Assembly (NCBI RefSeq): GCF_032191835.1 | Contig: NC_083223.1 | Span: 46,438,001-46,502,000 of the forward strand | Length of the DNA: 64,000 nt | Source of the DNA: Heteronotia binoei | Taxonomy: Eukaryota | Direction of reading: 5' to 3' | In this document: positions 47,230-59,676 of the stretch, piece after piece | Layout of the letters: every line of letters starts with the position of its first letter | Numbering within the stretch: the first letter of the stretch is position 1 | Position numbers and translations under genes: made by a program | The notes under the pieces: generated by a model | What the model was told of the DNA's origin: nothing | What the model saw: only the letters and a program-made list of their open reading frames with translations | Database searches by the model: none

Positions 47230-48545
47230 CTCTAGGGGCACATTAGTCTAGGATCTTTTGTATGGTTCTCTAAAACTCCTCACACCATGATCACGAATAT
47301 GGCCAAGTTTACAGGACTGTAACTGTGGCTCTCAGGATTCCCCTTCTCTAATAATTCAATCACGAATCCAGGAAGGGCCATCAATCCATCTCTTGGCCAT
47401 TGTCAACAGGTCTGCAACCCAAGTTAACTGAAGCACCTACAAGTGGATGAATCTCCTTTCCCCATTACATTACCTAGGTATAGAAAGTTGAGACTCTTCT
47501 ATGGGAACTTGGATCCTGACCTTCACTTCAATGGGTTCTCAGTTTGTAAAGTTGCACCAATCACAATACAGCCTACATTTCACCAATAGGCAGCTGGATC
47601 CTGAAGTTTTGGCCCGATATCATTATGAATCCTGGTTTTGCACCAAATTTGACCAGTACCACTGCTTCTCCGCTTCACAGCCCAGTAAATCCAAGTGCAT
47701 AAAAGTGTATGCATAGCCTTCCATTCTTGTAGCTGGTTGGGCAGCTTAAACCTTCTTCCTCTATTGATCCTGAAATCCTGAAGCTTAAACCTTCTTCCTC
47801 TATTGATCCGTTAATGCTTCTTCTTTGCTTCCTGTCCTGAATAAATCCTCCAAGTCTTTTTATTCACATCCCTGTCTTTTCGTTTCTCCCTTCCCCATGC
47901 TTAACTGGCCGGCTTTGCAGCTAACCTGATCCTCCCTCCAACAGCATTCTAACCTGATTAGGGACTCTTGCCCACAAGCCTCTCAAATGGTTCCTTCCCT
48001 CTTTCCTTTTTGGATGCTTTGGGGCAAGCCCTCACCTATGCCTTCTCTTCTAGTTGGTTTTTCTGAACTAGCCATGTGGGAGGAACACAATTTGGCTTAA
48101 AAGTAACTCTATAACTGGGTATCAAATTAATACAACTGAATAGTAAGATCCCACAGATTTGAATTTTTTTTATTGGATCCATAAATTTCTACTCTATTGT
48201 TGCCATTGACTAGTTCAGTCTGGCTTTCTTGACTATGACTGTTGGACTTCCCCTTTTTCTATTTTATATCTTGGTTAGGTTAACACAGGTTATTTTCTGG
48301 TTAAATACCTGTCTCCCTTCTATCTTTCTTTCCCTGAATGATTTATTATGTTTGACTGAGACTATACACTAGACTTGAATGTTCTCTATCCTGGAATTAT
48401 ATTCTACTGGGAACAGAATTCATATTCTAGTTCTACTCATCTAGGACATGTTCCTCAAATGCCTGGCCTGACATGGGGACTCATTTGGGTATGTGGTGGA
48501 TTGCACTTTTTAAAAGGCTTAGAAGTGCTTTTTTTTTAAAAAAAA

Positions 48546-48836
48546 AAGGTAAAGGTAGTCCCCTGTGCAAGCACTAGTCGTTTCCAACTCTGGGGTGATG
48601 CTTTCACAGCGTTTTCACAGCAGACTTTTAAAGGGGTGGTTTGCCATTGCCTTCCCAGTCATCTACACTTTCCCCCCAGCAAGCTGGGTACCCATTTTAC
48701 CGACCTTGGAAGGATGGAAGGCTGAGTCAACCTGAGCTGGCTACTTGAACCCAGCTTCCGCTGGGATCGAACTCAGGTCCTGAGCAGAGCTTAGAACTGC
48801 AGTACTGCAGCTTTACCACTCTGTGTCACAGGGCTC
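48546..48836 (-). mobile_element. Sauria-type SINE
   Basis: Reverse complement of the 43257 family. Confidence 0.9.
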
Positions 48837-49199
48837 TTTACCACAACATAAAGGACTTCACAGAACCAGAGAGCCTTGAGTGATAGGCTGCTCTAAGCAA
48901 TCTGATTAGTTAGCATCAGCTGAGGGGGAGGGAAGCTCTTGAGAGAGATGGATGCTGAGGAGATTCAGTCAGATTCCTGCCTTAACTGAGAAGATATGTG
49001 TATTGAGACCCTCTGAGAGTAGCCTTGACAGGAAAAGGGGTTTAGTGCTGATAGAGACAGATTTCTGACAGTGTCTCCCCAATGGCGGTGATGTGGTGAA
49101 TACCTTGGACCTGGCCGGAGTGTCTCTGACAGTGTCTCCCCAATGGCGGTGGTGTGGTGAATACCTTGGACCTGGCCGGAGTTTCCAAGTTCTCAACAA

Positions 49200-49690
49200 G
49201 AGCCTGCGCATGTGTGTTCAAGCACAAATGGCTTCTTTCCTAAAATAACCTGGTGAGGGTGAGGGTGGGGGTGGGTCCCGGCCCCATTTGCTATTGGCCA
49301 GGGATGACTGGGCGTGTTGTTAGAGGGGTCACATGGACCTACTCAGGCCTTCTCAGTGGCAGCCCCCAATTTCCAGGGTGGGGTGCCACAGGCGGAAGTT
49401 CAATGACGCTGCAGTGGGTGGCTGCTTAATTAATTAAATATGCGGGGTAGCTACATCATGGTGGGGCATAGATGGTGATTGGCGGGGGCTAGGTCACGTG
49501 GGGGTGGGGTCATGACATGGGTGACGTCATTGGGGTCGTGACCCTGATGACGCAGTTTCCGGTGACGTCAGCGGAAGTGACGTTACTGGCCATGCCCCCT
49601 TCATTAATTATGCAAGGGTTGACACAGCTTCCGGTGATGTCATCAGAAGTGATGTCACTGGCCACGCCCCCTTCATTAAAATGCATGGGG
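49200..49690. promoter_or_regulatory. Promoter-like motif cluster (CRE, ETS, E-box, CCAAT, GC box, G4)
   Basis: TGACGTCA at 49522 and 49563, CGGAAGT, GGTCACGTGG at 49492, CCACGCCCC, three ATTGG, G-run at 49257. Motifs only. Confidence 0.4.
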
Positions 49691-49850
49691 GGCTATTTAC
49701 TTCTTATATGATTGCTTAGAAATTGTGTCAACACTGCAAAAACAATACAAATTTATCAAAGATTTCAGGTTTTCACGGCTGGTAACATCATTAGGGTTTG
49801 TAGAATCTTTCGGGATCAAGTGCCATGTTCTACTGGAGAAAGTTTTCCTT

Positions 49851-49891
49851 CCAGACATTTCGTTCTCAGCTGCGGAGAACATCCTCAGTGG
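49851..49891 (-). ncRNA. Minimal hammerhead ribozyme motif, left arm
   Basis: CCA-CUGAGGA-U-GUUCUC-CGCAGCU-GAGAAC-GAAA-UGUC-UGG. Confidence 0.65.
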
Positions 49892-50014
49892 CGTTGCAGC
49901 CGGAGCAGGCGCTCAGACCTTCTTGGCTGCTGTGCATTGAGTGGGGGTCAGTGGGGGTCAGTCACTCAATGCATAGCAGCCAAGAAGGTCAGAGCGCCTG
50001 CTCCGATTGCAACG

Positions 50015-50055
50015 CCACTGAGGATGTTCTCCGCAGCTGAGAATGAAATGTCTGG
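50015..50055 (+). ncRNA. Minimal hammerhead ribozyme motif, right arm
   Basis: CCA-CUGAGGA-U-GUUCUC-CGCAGCU-GAGAAU-GAAA-UGUC-UGG. Confidence 0.65.
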
Positions 50056-51435
50056 AAGGAAAACTTTCTCCAGTAGAACACGGCACTTGATCCCGAAAGA
50101 TTTTACAAACCCTAATGCAAATTTACATTACTAGATGAGGCAAGCAATGATATGTAAATTTCAAGTGCTGTCCATTCTCATGCAAATTACTGCACCTTGT
50201 GGCTTTTGGAGGAGTCTTTTAAAACGCATGAAAACTTTTACAATACAAGTTTGAAACGCCTGTAGAGAAAATACCAGATCAAAACTAGTGTCGAGAAAAA
50301 CGTTGCAGCAGCAACTCCGAAACTCATCTCACCAAAACAAATGTAGATGCTTCGGGCAGCAATGATGCAAAACAGTTGTGAGAACATTAGGTAATGTAAA
50401 AGATGAGTTTCCAATGCAGTGACAGAGAGTCACAAACTGTCAGTGTAAAAGCACCCAAAGAGATGTGGGATAAGACTCCCATTCAGGCCAAAGGAAAGGG
50501 AATAGATCTTCTAGAGAGAGAAGATTCCCTACACAGTCAAACAGAGAGCTTTATCTCTGAGGAGGACAGAGTTCCCTGGTCTGGTGTGGTCTGTCTGTAG
50601 AGACCTTAAAAGTCAGCAAACAACTCAAGAAGAGTACTGGTGTTCCAGGAGAAGGGGTTTGGGTACCAGGAAGAAGGTACAAGCCTTCTGGGCACCAAAA
50701 GAGTCAGCAATTACTCAAATAAAAACACTGGAACAAAAGCCTCTCAGTTTAAAGATCAAAGTAATTGAATAAATTAAGAACCTCTCATTAGCCTGATATA
50801 TAAGATCAAAAGTATGTTCTTGTACTAGTTTTACCTTACTAATTTAACCACTTATTTCACTTGAACTTTCCTTTTCCTACATACTCTGCAACAACTCTGC
50901 ATTAGTTCTTAGAGGCACGGTAGTCATTGCCATTATGGCAACTTGCCACCATTCTTTTGTTTCCTCCCCTTCCCTCATGCATTATAACACAACGTCAACA
51001 AATAGAACACCTACAAACTTCTTGCATTGTCCCTCTCCATTCCTTTTCAGATAATCTAAACAAAAAGTACCCACATCTTTCCCCTAATATCTGAGCACTG
51101 AAAAGGGCTTGAGGATTCATGTTTAAAAAATGAACACTGAGAATTCAGAGGAACTAAAATTTGAAATGGGAACAGATAAGTAGTCACAACTCATTCTAGT
51201 GCTAGAGCATAGAAGTCATTACCATTTTTAAAACTATAAAAAGCCTGTGGTGGCATGGCAGGAAAAGATATTGGGAAAGTGGAACTTATAAAGGACTGAT
51301 CATAGGAAAATAGCATGAATGTGGGAGGGAACTCTGCAGCAAGAAACTGCATACTGTTCCTTCCGCATGAATTCATTATAAAAAGAGGATTATTACAACA
51401 CTATGTTGTATGGATACTGAAAAATGCTTTAGCTT

Positions 51436-51689
51436 AGAAGGAGGAGAAGATTGGATTTATACCCTGCCCTCCACTCTGAGTCTCAGAGCAGCTTAAAATC
51501 TCCTTTCCTTTCCTTTCCTTTCCTTTCCTTTCCTTTCCTTTCCTTTCCTTTCCTTTCCTTTCCTTTCCTTTCCTTTCCTTTCCTTTCCCAACAGACACCC
51601 TGTGAGATAGGCAACATTAAGAGAGCTCTTTTGAGAACTCTCCTGGATTAGAGTCTGCTCATTTAACCATTACACCAAACTGACTCTCC
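51436..51689 (-). mobile_element. Decayed Squam3-like SINE with internal (TCCTT)n expansion (51501-51586)
   Basis: SINE head and tail recognisable on the minus strand; about 17 pentamer units. Confidence 0.75.
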
Positions 51690-54600
51690 AAGAAAACCAT
51701 ATATGTATAAGCAGTCAGACTGGCTTATCCGCAGAGAAAAATCCAATTACAAATGATTGCTATGGTACAATATCAATTGCAAATACCCCAGAGTTACACT
51801 AATTACAAACTGCTATTGTCAACTAGAAAACCTTAATGTCCAGACCCCTCATTGCCACATCCTTTCCTGCTCTACGCTGTTCAGGGGGTGAGACCATAGT
51901 ACAACCCTCCCTCTCTATTGCAGTAATTATCAGGAATTTGCTGGGTCAAGAGGCAGTTACCACCATAGGATATTGTAAAGGCTTAAGGAAATGGTACTCT
52001 CGCATCTTACAATAGCCATGAAAGTCATGCTGTGCGTACACCATTCCTTCTGTTGCTAATCTGTTCTCAGGACTGAGCTGCTAGTTTGCAACTCAACAGC
52101 ATAAAAGAAAGTGCTTAAATAACACAGCATTGTGTTGAAGCTAAACAAGTTTGTCATTTTAATACGAATGTTCTACATTGCCTAGATCTTCGGTGATGAA
52201 TGCGTATAGGCAATGACATGCATACATTACAGATAGCTGGATTTGCCACAGTAATTTCCTACAGACAGATAAGAGGTCAATTATCAGGATGCCCCGAATT
52301 TTTTAAAAAAACAACTATATGGGATATTATATTAAGGCCATCACATGGAGGGAAGTTTAATTCTTTCCTCCCACCATGTTCCTAGTTTAAATTTTCCTCT
52401 GATGCTGCTATTTGAACTGTAGAGAAAACATACAAATAGCATATAGTACCAATATATAGCATATATTGTAGAGAAAATATACAAAATAGCATATAGTGTT
52501 TTTGTCCACAAGAAGATGGTTAATAGCCCCTTCTTCCCAAGGCCTCCATCTGCTTTGTAGTCCCTTGAAGCTGCTTTAAGGAAATCCTGATCACAGAACT
52601 CCAATGTGACATCTAGTTTGACCCTCAGCCTTCAGTATTAACTTCATTTGACCCAGCCATATTTTACAGAGTGGATCCAATTACCTTGCCGCTTTGTTGT
52701 TCCTCCTTATTAACATTTTGTCCATTAAGCAAGTGTTTCAGTTCCAGGCCATGGTCGTTTTCTAATTAAAACATCACCCATTATGTTTTGCTTCTTTTTT
52801 GCCTTGAAGCAGTTATGAATTTGACAAACAAAACATCAGCCTCTGTCCTAGGCAGAGGATGGAAATCCCCTTTCTTAGGAAATATAGAGTTGATACTCCC
52901 TGCAACATTGTGCTTGAAATGAAACAGCAGCCCATCCTTTGAAATACGGTCAGACAAGTACCTATGAGGCAGAATTGTTATTTACTACCGATTCTCAAGA
53001 GATCATGTTTGTAACCATGCTGCAAAGAGATTATTCAGCAAGTGGATGGCTGGTTGTTTTAAATATTAATTTACATCCAAATTAATTGAGTTTGAGCGTA
53101 CAAGTGGCACTCCCAGAGTTGCAATATTTACAAATTTGCTCCAACGTTCCAGTCTCTCTGATCTGTAGAAACGTTATACCCAAACTAGTACACATTTTGG
53201 GAAGATTCTTGAATACCACTGACTTGAAACACACACGCACCCCGTAAGATCGGTGGGAGGGGGGAGACATCTCATGATATGGCATAATGACATAGGTCTT
53301 CCCCATCCTGTAGGTGGCTGTCAGTGAAGCTGGAAACACTGGGGTATATCCTGCCAACCTGTTCACAAATTCTGGAGCCTTCTTCTATCCCAAGAGGCCT
53401 TCCTCCAACATAATTGGTTTCTCTGTTGGAGGAAGAGCCACGTCAGGCTCCAGATTATAGCAAACAATGGAATGATACATTGATGTCATGTTACTTTTTT
53501 CAGCTACATGTTTTTGGTAAGACTCCGGAAAGCTTAAAACTGTCAACATCACATATCTTTTTGTAACCTGTAGTATAGCCTTAATTAAGTCAATATCCAG
53601 AATAGCTCTGGCCCAGGCTGTAGCAGTTGCTCAGTGTTAACAGGCTAGATGTGGCCAGGCAGCAATGAATCATTCTGGGAGGCCTAACTCTACATAGATC
53701 ATACAGATTCTTTTCATTAATAAAACCTATATGTTTTTTGTTTGCGCTGATTATGCCTGTGTACATGGGTACATGGAATATATTTTACATCCAAATGTAA
53801 ATTCATATACATCCAAAATGGCTTTTTGTTACTTTTGGTTACTATTTGCAAAACAGTGATAAAAAATGGGGTTGAGGAAACAGTGGCCCATTATGTACAC
53901 ACATTTTACTGAAGATTTCCAGAGCAGTAAGTCTTTAATCTTGATTTCGGATTCTGTACTCACCCTACACACCATTCTTTTTCTTCCCACTGGGAAGACT
54001 GTAGCTACATTCTGCAACTACATTTCAAAAACACACTTTTCTGACTCAGGGTGGAACGTCACTTGTGACACGTGGGGGGTTGTGTCCAAAGTTTTTTTTA
54101 AAAAAAATTATGCAATTGCCCTGTTGCAGCTGCACAGTAGCATCCAGCAAGCACATTCCATTTAAATCCTCATGGTTAAGGTTTTGAGCATGCATTTTAG
54201 CATTATTTCATTGACTGAAATGGAGCAGAAAGGAATGCAGACAAAGGGGGAAACTCCACTGTTGAAACTGACCAATCTTTTTCTGAAGCTGACAAGCAGT
54301 TGCGAAGCCCCATTTCCCATTTTACTGAGCACTAGGGGATTCTCTGCTGTGTTATCAGCCACTGTGAAAAATGGGAAAGAGTCACACGGTCTCATAATAT
54401 GGGGAAACATGTTGAGTGTACAGAATGTATGGAAGAACCCACTAACACTGACATTGCAAACTGTGATTGCTGACAATGTGCGTGTATGCCTGTGCAAAGT
54501 CAGCTGCAACTTCACCATGCTTTGCACAGGGGTGCAATTTGTATGGGGCGGGGGAGAGGAGTCCTCTGGCAGAGGCTCTGGAGAGTTTTTTTTTTTTTTA

Positions 54601-56289
54601 GTCTTGTGCCACTGAATTGAAAAGAAAATGGGTTGGGGTATTTTCCCTGCATAGTGATGCTAATTTCCTGCCCTTCCTTTCAAAAAGATGTGGTTATCTC
54701 TTTGTAATTCTCTAATTTGAGTTTACTAATCTAATTATTAGTGATATAATTAAGCTAATCATTCCTGGTCTTTGCCTCCCCCATATATTTTTTTATGGGC
54801 GGGGATGTTTTCCTCTCAAACTTTGTTCACTAGAGAATGAAAGGGGAAATGTTTTCAAAGCTTTAGGCTTCCTATCCAGTCTCTCTTTCTTTACATCTCA
54901 TGTCAATTTCATTTTGCACTGATGATTCTCTGCCTTTATTTTGTTTGCATGCAGTACTGAAATCCTTTTTTTTAAATTTTGCACTGAAGATGCTGCCATT
55001 TGCCTCCTCTCTGATCCCCCTTTCAAGTCAACACCAGCAGGGAACTAAACCTCACACAACTCCTTTTAATTCTACCCCCAATCATTTTATTTTATTTTTT
55101 ATTCAGCAATCCATGACTAATAATAGTCTCATATTGGTAGACTCATGCCGCTTGTCAATTTTTAAAAAATGAGTGGGAAATGGAGCTTGTGCACCAATGA
55201 AGGGGGGAGGATGGCAGAAAGTGTTGAGTGGGTGGAACAACCTCAATGTGGGTGAAGAGTGACCTTTGAGGGGTATCAAAGGCGCTCAGGAGAAATCCAA
55301 GGGAATCTGTACACTTTTGAAGTATGTTCAGCTCGGAAGCAAAACAAGGGGGAAATCAGCACAAAAGCACTCTCTGAAAACTAAAAAAAAAAAAAAGCCA
55401 CCAGAAAGTGAACTGAGTGCTGAAGGGAAGAAAACCAATTCAAAATTACAAAGAAAGCCAGCTGGTCATGGACAGTGAAACTGAGGGAAAGTGACCTGTG
55501 CAAAATAGGTTAGTTTCACGCTACCACTGTTTATTCCATATTGTTAGACACATCATATAACATCTCTATATGTTACAGTCCAGTTCTATGAAGAGCTATT
55601 CTAGACTAAGGGCCAGTGTTGAGCAATGACATGAAGATTCTGAAACAGACATTCAGTGGAGGTATTTAGTGGCTCCTGGACTTGTTTGAACATTTTTCTC
55701 CTCATGATCAGGTCATGCAGGTAGAAGCAGTGGCTGCCTTTCCTTCCATGTTGTTTTCTCCATCTTAAAGTGGTCTTCTGATCACATCTCAGATAGTTGC
55801 CCCTGACTGGACAGATGCAAACAGCTGGCAATGCAATCTAGCAAATGTCTGTCATTTAAAGGATAACTGTGCAGGGTGAGAACTGCAACCAATATCCTGC
55901 TTTATTATACAACTAGGTCACTTTAATGACCCACCCATGATTCAGGAAGATAATAGCTTCAGTTGTCAGCGGAGAAGACATAGCTCCTGGATTAGTCAAA
56001 GGCTACAACAACCTGGCCATGTAGAACTGGCTACAGCAGAGATGCAAAGCTGCTTGAGGCTACTAACAACGACTAAGGCAACCTTTGAACAAGATAAGTT
56101 CTCCTAGTAATTGTGTTCATGCTGAAGTTCACAGCATACTTAGTAGTAATCACACTGTTATTTCCAGAATCCAGATACAGCAGCAAACATGCTTCCAGTC
56201 AAAAAAACCCCTCTTTATATCTGCCCTCGATGAGACATCATTGAGCCAAAATGTTTGCTTAAATGTTACAACCCTCATCCAGACCTGAA

Positions 56290-56490
56290 TAGACCAGGCC
56301 ATCCCAGTCTCATTACATCTTGGAAGTTAGGCAGGGGCAGCCCTGGTCAGCGTTTAGACCACCAAAGAATACCAGGGTCAAAACACAGAAGTGGGCAATG
56401 GCAAACCACTTCTGAACATCTCTTGCCTTGAATACCCCAAAAAGGTCACCATAAGTCAGCTGTGACTTGACACCTGAAAGAAAAAAAAAT
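56290..56490 (+). mobile_element. 5S rRNA-derived SINE with RTE-like tail
   Basis: CATCTTGGAAGTTAGGCAGGGGCAGCCCTGGTCAG resembles 5S GATCTCGGAAGCTAAGCAGGGTCGGGCCTGGTTAG; followed by GGCAATGGCAAACCAC, shared with the Sauria SINE 3' part. Confidence 0.7.
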
Positions 56491-57204
56491 GTAGACCCAA
56501 GCAGGAAAAAATGTAAAGCACAAAACTGCTTTCCTGTAGTGTTCATAAACAACGTCTATAGGCAGTTGCTTGGAATTCTATTTAAACTTTTATAGTTTCT
56601 GAAATCTTAAGTAGAAAGAGGATGTGAAAGTTCCTTCAATGCTGCCTGTTCATCTTTTATAAACTACATCTCTCTAGCAATGGGAATTCTCTTGTAAATC
56701 CATCTAGACTCTCTTCCGCTTTGTAAATAGACGTTAACCTTTCAAATGGGTAGCCACAGAGTGACTCACACCAATCCTATCATGCCTCTCCTTTGGTCAG
56801 AATTACTTTTCACATCCACTGGCTTCAGTCTGACATGTGAAGCTTTTCACTCGACCTACCACAGCAGTTGTTTCCTTTACGACCAACATTCAACCCCAAC
56901 AATAATGTGACCTTGCTGTGAAGGCAGAGGGCTTATAGAATCCTATCTAGAACACACTGTTGTTCCAGTCTGGGTTGAATATAAAAGTTTGGAAAAGAAC
57001 AATATTTTACACATGAAAGTTGTATGCTCATTGGCTTCTGTACTGTTCTGCCAAACTGCTTTTGGAAGGGTAAATGAATTGCCACATGCTCAAGCTACAA
57101 TCATAGCAAATGATTCACTGTGAAATCTTATGCCCAGTTGCATCCTTCCAAATCAAGTTAATTGCCTTAAAAGGATATAACTTGGCTTAGGTGGGGATGT
57201 GGAA

Positions 57205-57320
57205 TGGCATAGTATAGTCCTATCTCATCAGATCTCAGAAGCCAAGGAGGGTCAGTATTCGGACTAGAGACACCAAGGAAGACTTTGCAGAAGGTGGCAA
57301 TGGCAAATCACCTCTTCTTA
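57205..57320 (+). mobile_element. 5S rRNA-derived SINE, partial
   Basis: CCTATCTCATCAGATCTCAGAAGCCAAGGAGGGTCAG...GGCAATGGCAAATCACC. Confidence 0.6.
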
Positions 57321-58132
57321 ACAATTTGAGTGATTTTTTTTTAAAAAAAATCTACATTTTATGGCCCAGTTCCAAAATAATAAAGGGATAATAAATTAGC
57401 TTGACACAATCTTTTTTTCCTTTTTTTTTTTTGAAGGTATAGGATTATTAAGACATTACATGAGTTGGTTACATCGGTTTCTACTACAGTTGCCAGGTCT
57501 GTGTTAAAAAATACATGGAGATTTTGGGGGTGGTTCTGGGAGAGGGCAGGGGAGGGGCATCAGCATGGTACAATGCCATAGAGTCCACCCTTCAAAGCAG
57601 CCATTTTCTCCAGGGGAGCAAAAATCTAAGGGGTCTTAGCGTCTAGACTATGTAGTTAGATATCCACTAAGTATCAAAATACATTCAAATATAATGCAAA
57701 TATCTTCCAATTTTTTTTAATTTCAATTACATTCAATATCAAAATTCAAAGATATATATACAGAGCTGATTAATAATACACATTAAAATACCAGTTGTAC
57801 AAATACTTCAATACATCACACCTCCATTGTCCCCCCAGTAGCTTTCATTCATAATACAGAATTGCTATTAAGTCCACAAATTTCTAATGAAGGGGCAGAA
57901 GACAAAAAGTTTATTCAGCCTTCCAAAGACACCCATTCCAGATATTCCAAGATGTTTTAATTATATCTTCCTCAGTTTTCAGGTTGTTAAATGGAACCCG
58001 ATTTCAGTTTCTTCAGACAAATCCACAGCTTTCAAGATGAATCAACTGGGTTCTCCGTGTCTGCAAGCTTGTTTAACTGAATGGTAACCAAAACCAAACA
58101 ACATTTAAAGGAGGATTTGCTTATTGACTCCA

Positions 58133-58403
58133 GATGATGAAGAAGACCGTAGATTTATTCTTCGCCCTTCTCTCTGAATCAGAGTCTCAGAGCTGCTTAC
58201 AATCCCCTTTATTCTTCCTGCGCAACAGACATCCTGTGATGTGAGTGGAGCTGAGAGAGCTCTCCCAGAAGCTGCCCTTTCAAGAACAACTCTGCAAGAA
58301 CTATGACTGACCCAAAGCCATTCCAACAGCTGCAAGTGAAGGAGTGGGAAATCAAACCCAGTTCTCCCAGATAAGAGTCCACACACTTAACCACTGCACC
58401 AAA
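58133..58403 (-). mobile_element. Squam3-like SINE
   Basis: Reverse complement of the 11691 family. Confidence 0.82.
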
Positions 58404-58494
58404 GTACAGATCCCTGTACTTTGGTCAGATTTCATAGGCATAATATTGGTGACGATTGATTTTCTTAAGCATTGCTATGAAAACTGTATATAGG

Positions 58495-59100
58495 TCTATT
58501 ATTGTTATTATTATTACTATTATTATGTATTGTATTTTTGAATAACTCTGGACAATGTACAAAATCCATTAAAACATACAGAAGTTAAAACAATCAATAA
58601 CTTTAAAACATTTTTAAAATTAGATGGTGATAATTAATCCCAATTCAGCCAGCTGCTTTGGAAGCTGGGGAAGAGGTAAAATGCATTGGAGAAGGGGGGC
58701 CAGCTAGATGGTAATCACTATCTTCAACCAACAGCTTGGCAGAACATCTCTGCCTTACAGGGCTTGCAGAATTGCATAAGGTCCTACAGGGCCCTGATGG
58801 AGTTCCACCAGGTTGGGATGAGAACCAAAAAGGCTCTGCCCTGGTTGTGGACAGCTGGATGTCTTTAGAGTCAGGGGCCACCAGCAGATTGCTGTCTAAG
58901 GAGCATAACTCTCTCCCAGGGACATACTAGAGGAGATAGTCCTGTAGGTACGTTGGTCCCTGACCACTCAAGGCCCTGCAAGCCAATACTAAAACCTTGA
59001 ACTTGACTTGGTGCTTCACTGGCACAGCACAGGTTGTATGTATGTTGTCTGGGGTGTTCCCATCAGGTCTCGTGCTGCCACATTCTGGACCAGTCTAGCT
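58495..59100 (-). mobile_element. Old L2 3' fragment
   Basis: Minus strand reads LVQNVAAR-like, followed by decayed L2 C-terminus, 3' UTR and (AAT)n tail. Confidence 0.65.
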
Positions 59101-59544
59101 AAATGATACATGTGATACCAGCGGTAAGGAGGCTTGCCTACCAAAGCACCCATTCCTCTCAGAGGTTTGTGAGAGCTACAAGAGGGGAGAAGGGTCTTCA
59201 GGCTTCCTCTTCTTGAGCTGAAGTGGGGGTGCTATTTGCCTCAGTCTCAGTCTTCGTAGGTCCTTAGTGACACGATCCCTGGACACATGAGCCCAAGAAA
59301 GGGGCAAGCAGGCCTCCCCATTTCCTCTCAGAAAAGTGGCATGAGAAGGATGAAACTCCTCATTGCCCTTGCAGAGCTCACAAGTCTCTGCATGCAGTGG
59401 GGCCTTCAGCATGTGAATCACCTGATAGTCCTTACATAGACTGCCAGCTGGGCTGAGGTCCCCTGACTGGCTTGTGTCACGTACACTGCTTAGCTAAACA
59501 ACCTTGGCTATCCTTGTAGGACATGAACACACATGTAGGACTAG

Positions 59545-59676
59545 ACAGAGCAGAGAAAGCAGCTCTTTCAAGAACTGTGACTGACCCAAGGTCACTCAGC
59601 AGGTGCATGGGGAGGAGAAGGGACTCAAACCCAGATTAGCATCCACGCACTTAACCATTACACCAAACTGGCTCTC
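59545..59676 (-). mobile_element. Squam3-like SINE 5' fragment
   Basis: GAGAGCCAGTTTGGTGTAATGGTTAAG head on the minus strand. Confidence 0.7.

Larger units (their letters stand above)
49789..50117. mobile_element. Inverted dimer of Penelope-like terminal repeats (155-bp arms, 19-nt spacer)
   Basis: 49789-49943 versus 49963-50117 differ at 7 positions; each arm has a hammerhead motif. Confidence 0.85.

Noticed and set aside
48900-49200. Remnant of a Ngaro terminal repeat
   Set aside because: Only a short weak similarity (GTGTGGCGAAT versus TGTGGTGAAT) to the 20150 region; insufficient.
49478-49502. Possible ER-stress element for a divergent PDIA6 promoter
   Set aside because: ATTGG and CGTGG are in the wrong order and spacing for CCAAT-N9-CCACG, and no PDIA6 exon follows.
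51501-51586. Short regularly spaced repeats or array
   Set aside because: Simple (TCCTT)n microsatellite without spacers; no CRISPR-like array anywhere in this eukaryotic window.
56290-56380. 5S rRNA gene
   Set aside because: Diverged, truncated and fused to an RTE-like tail, so a SINE.
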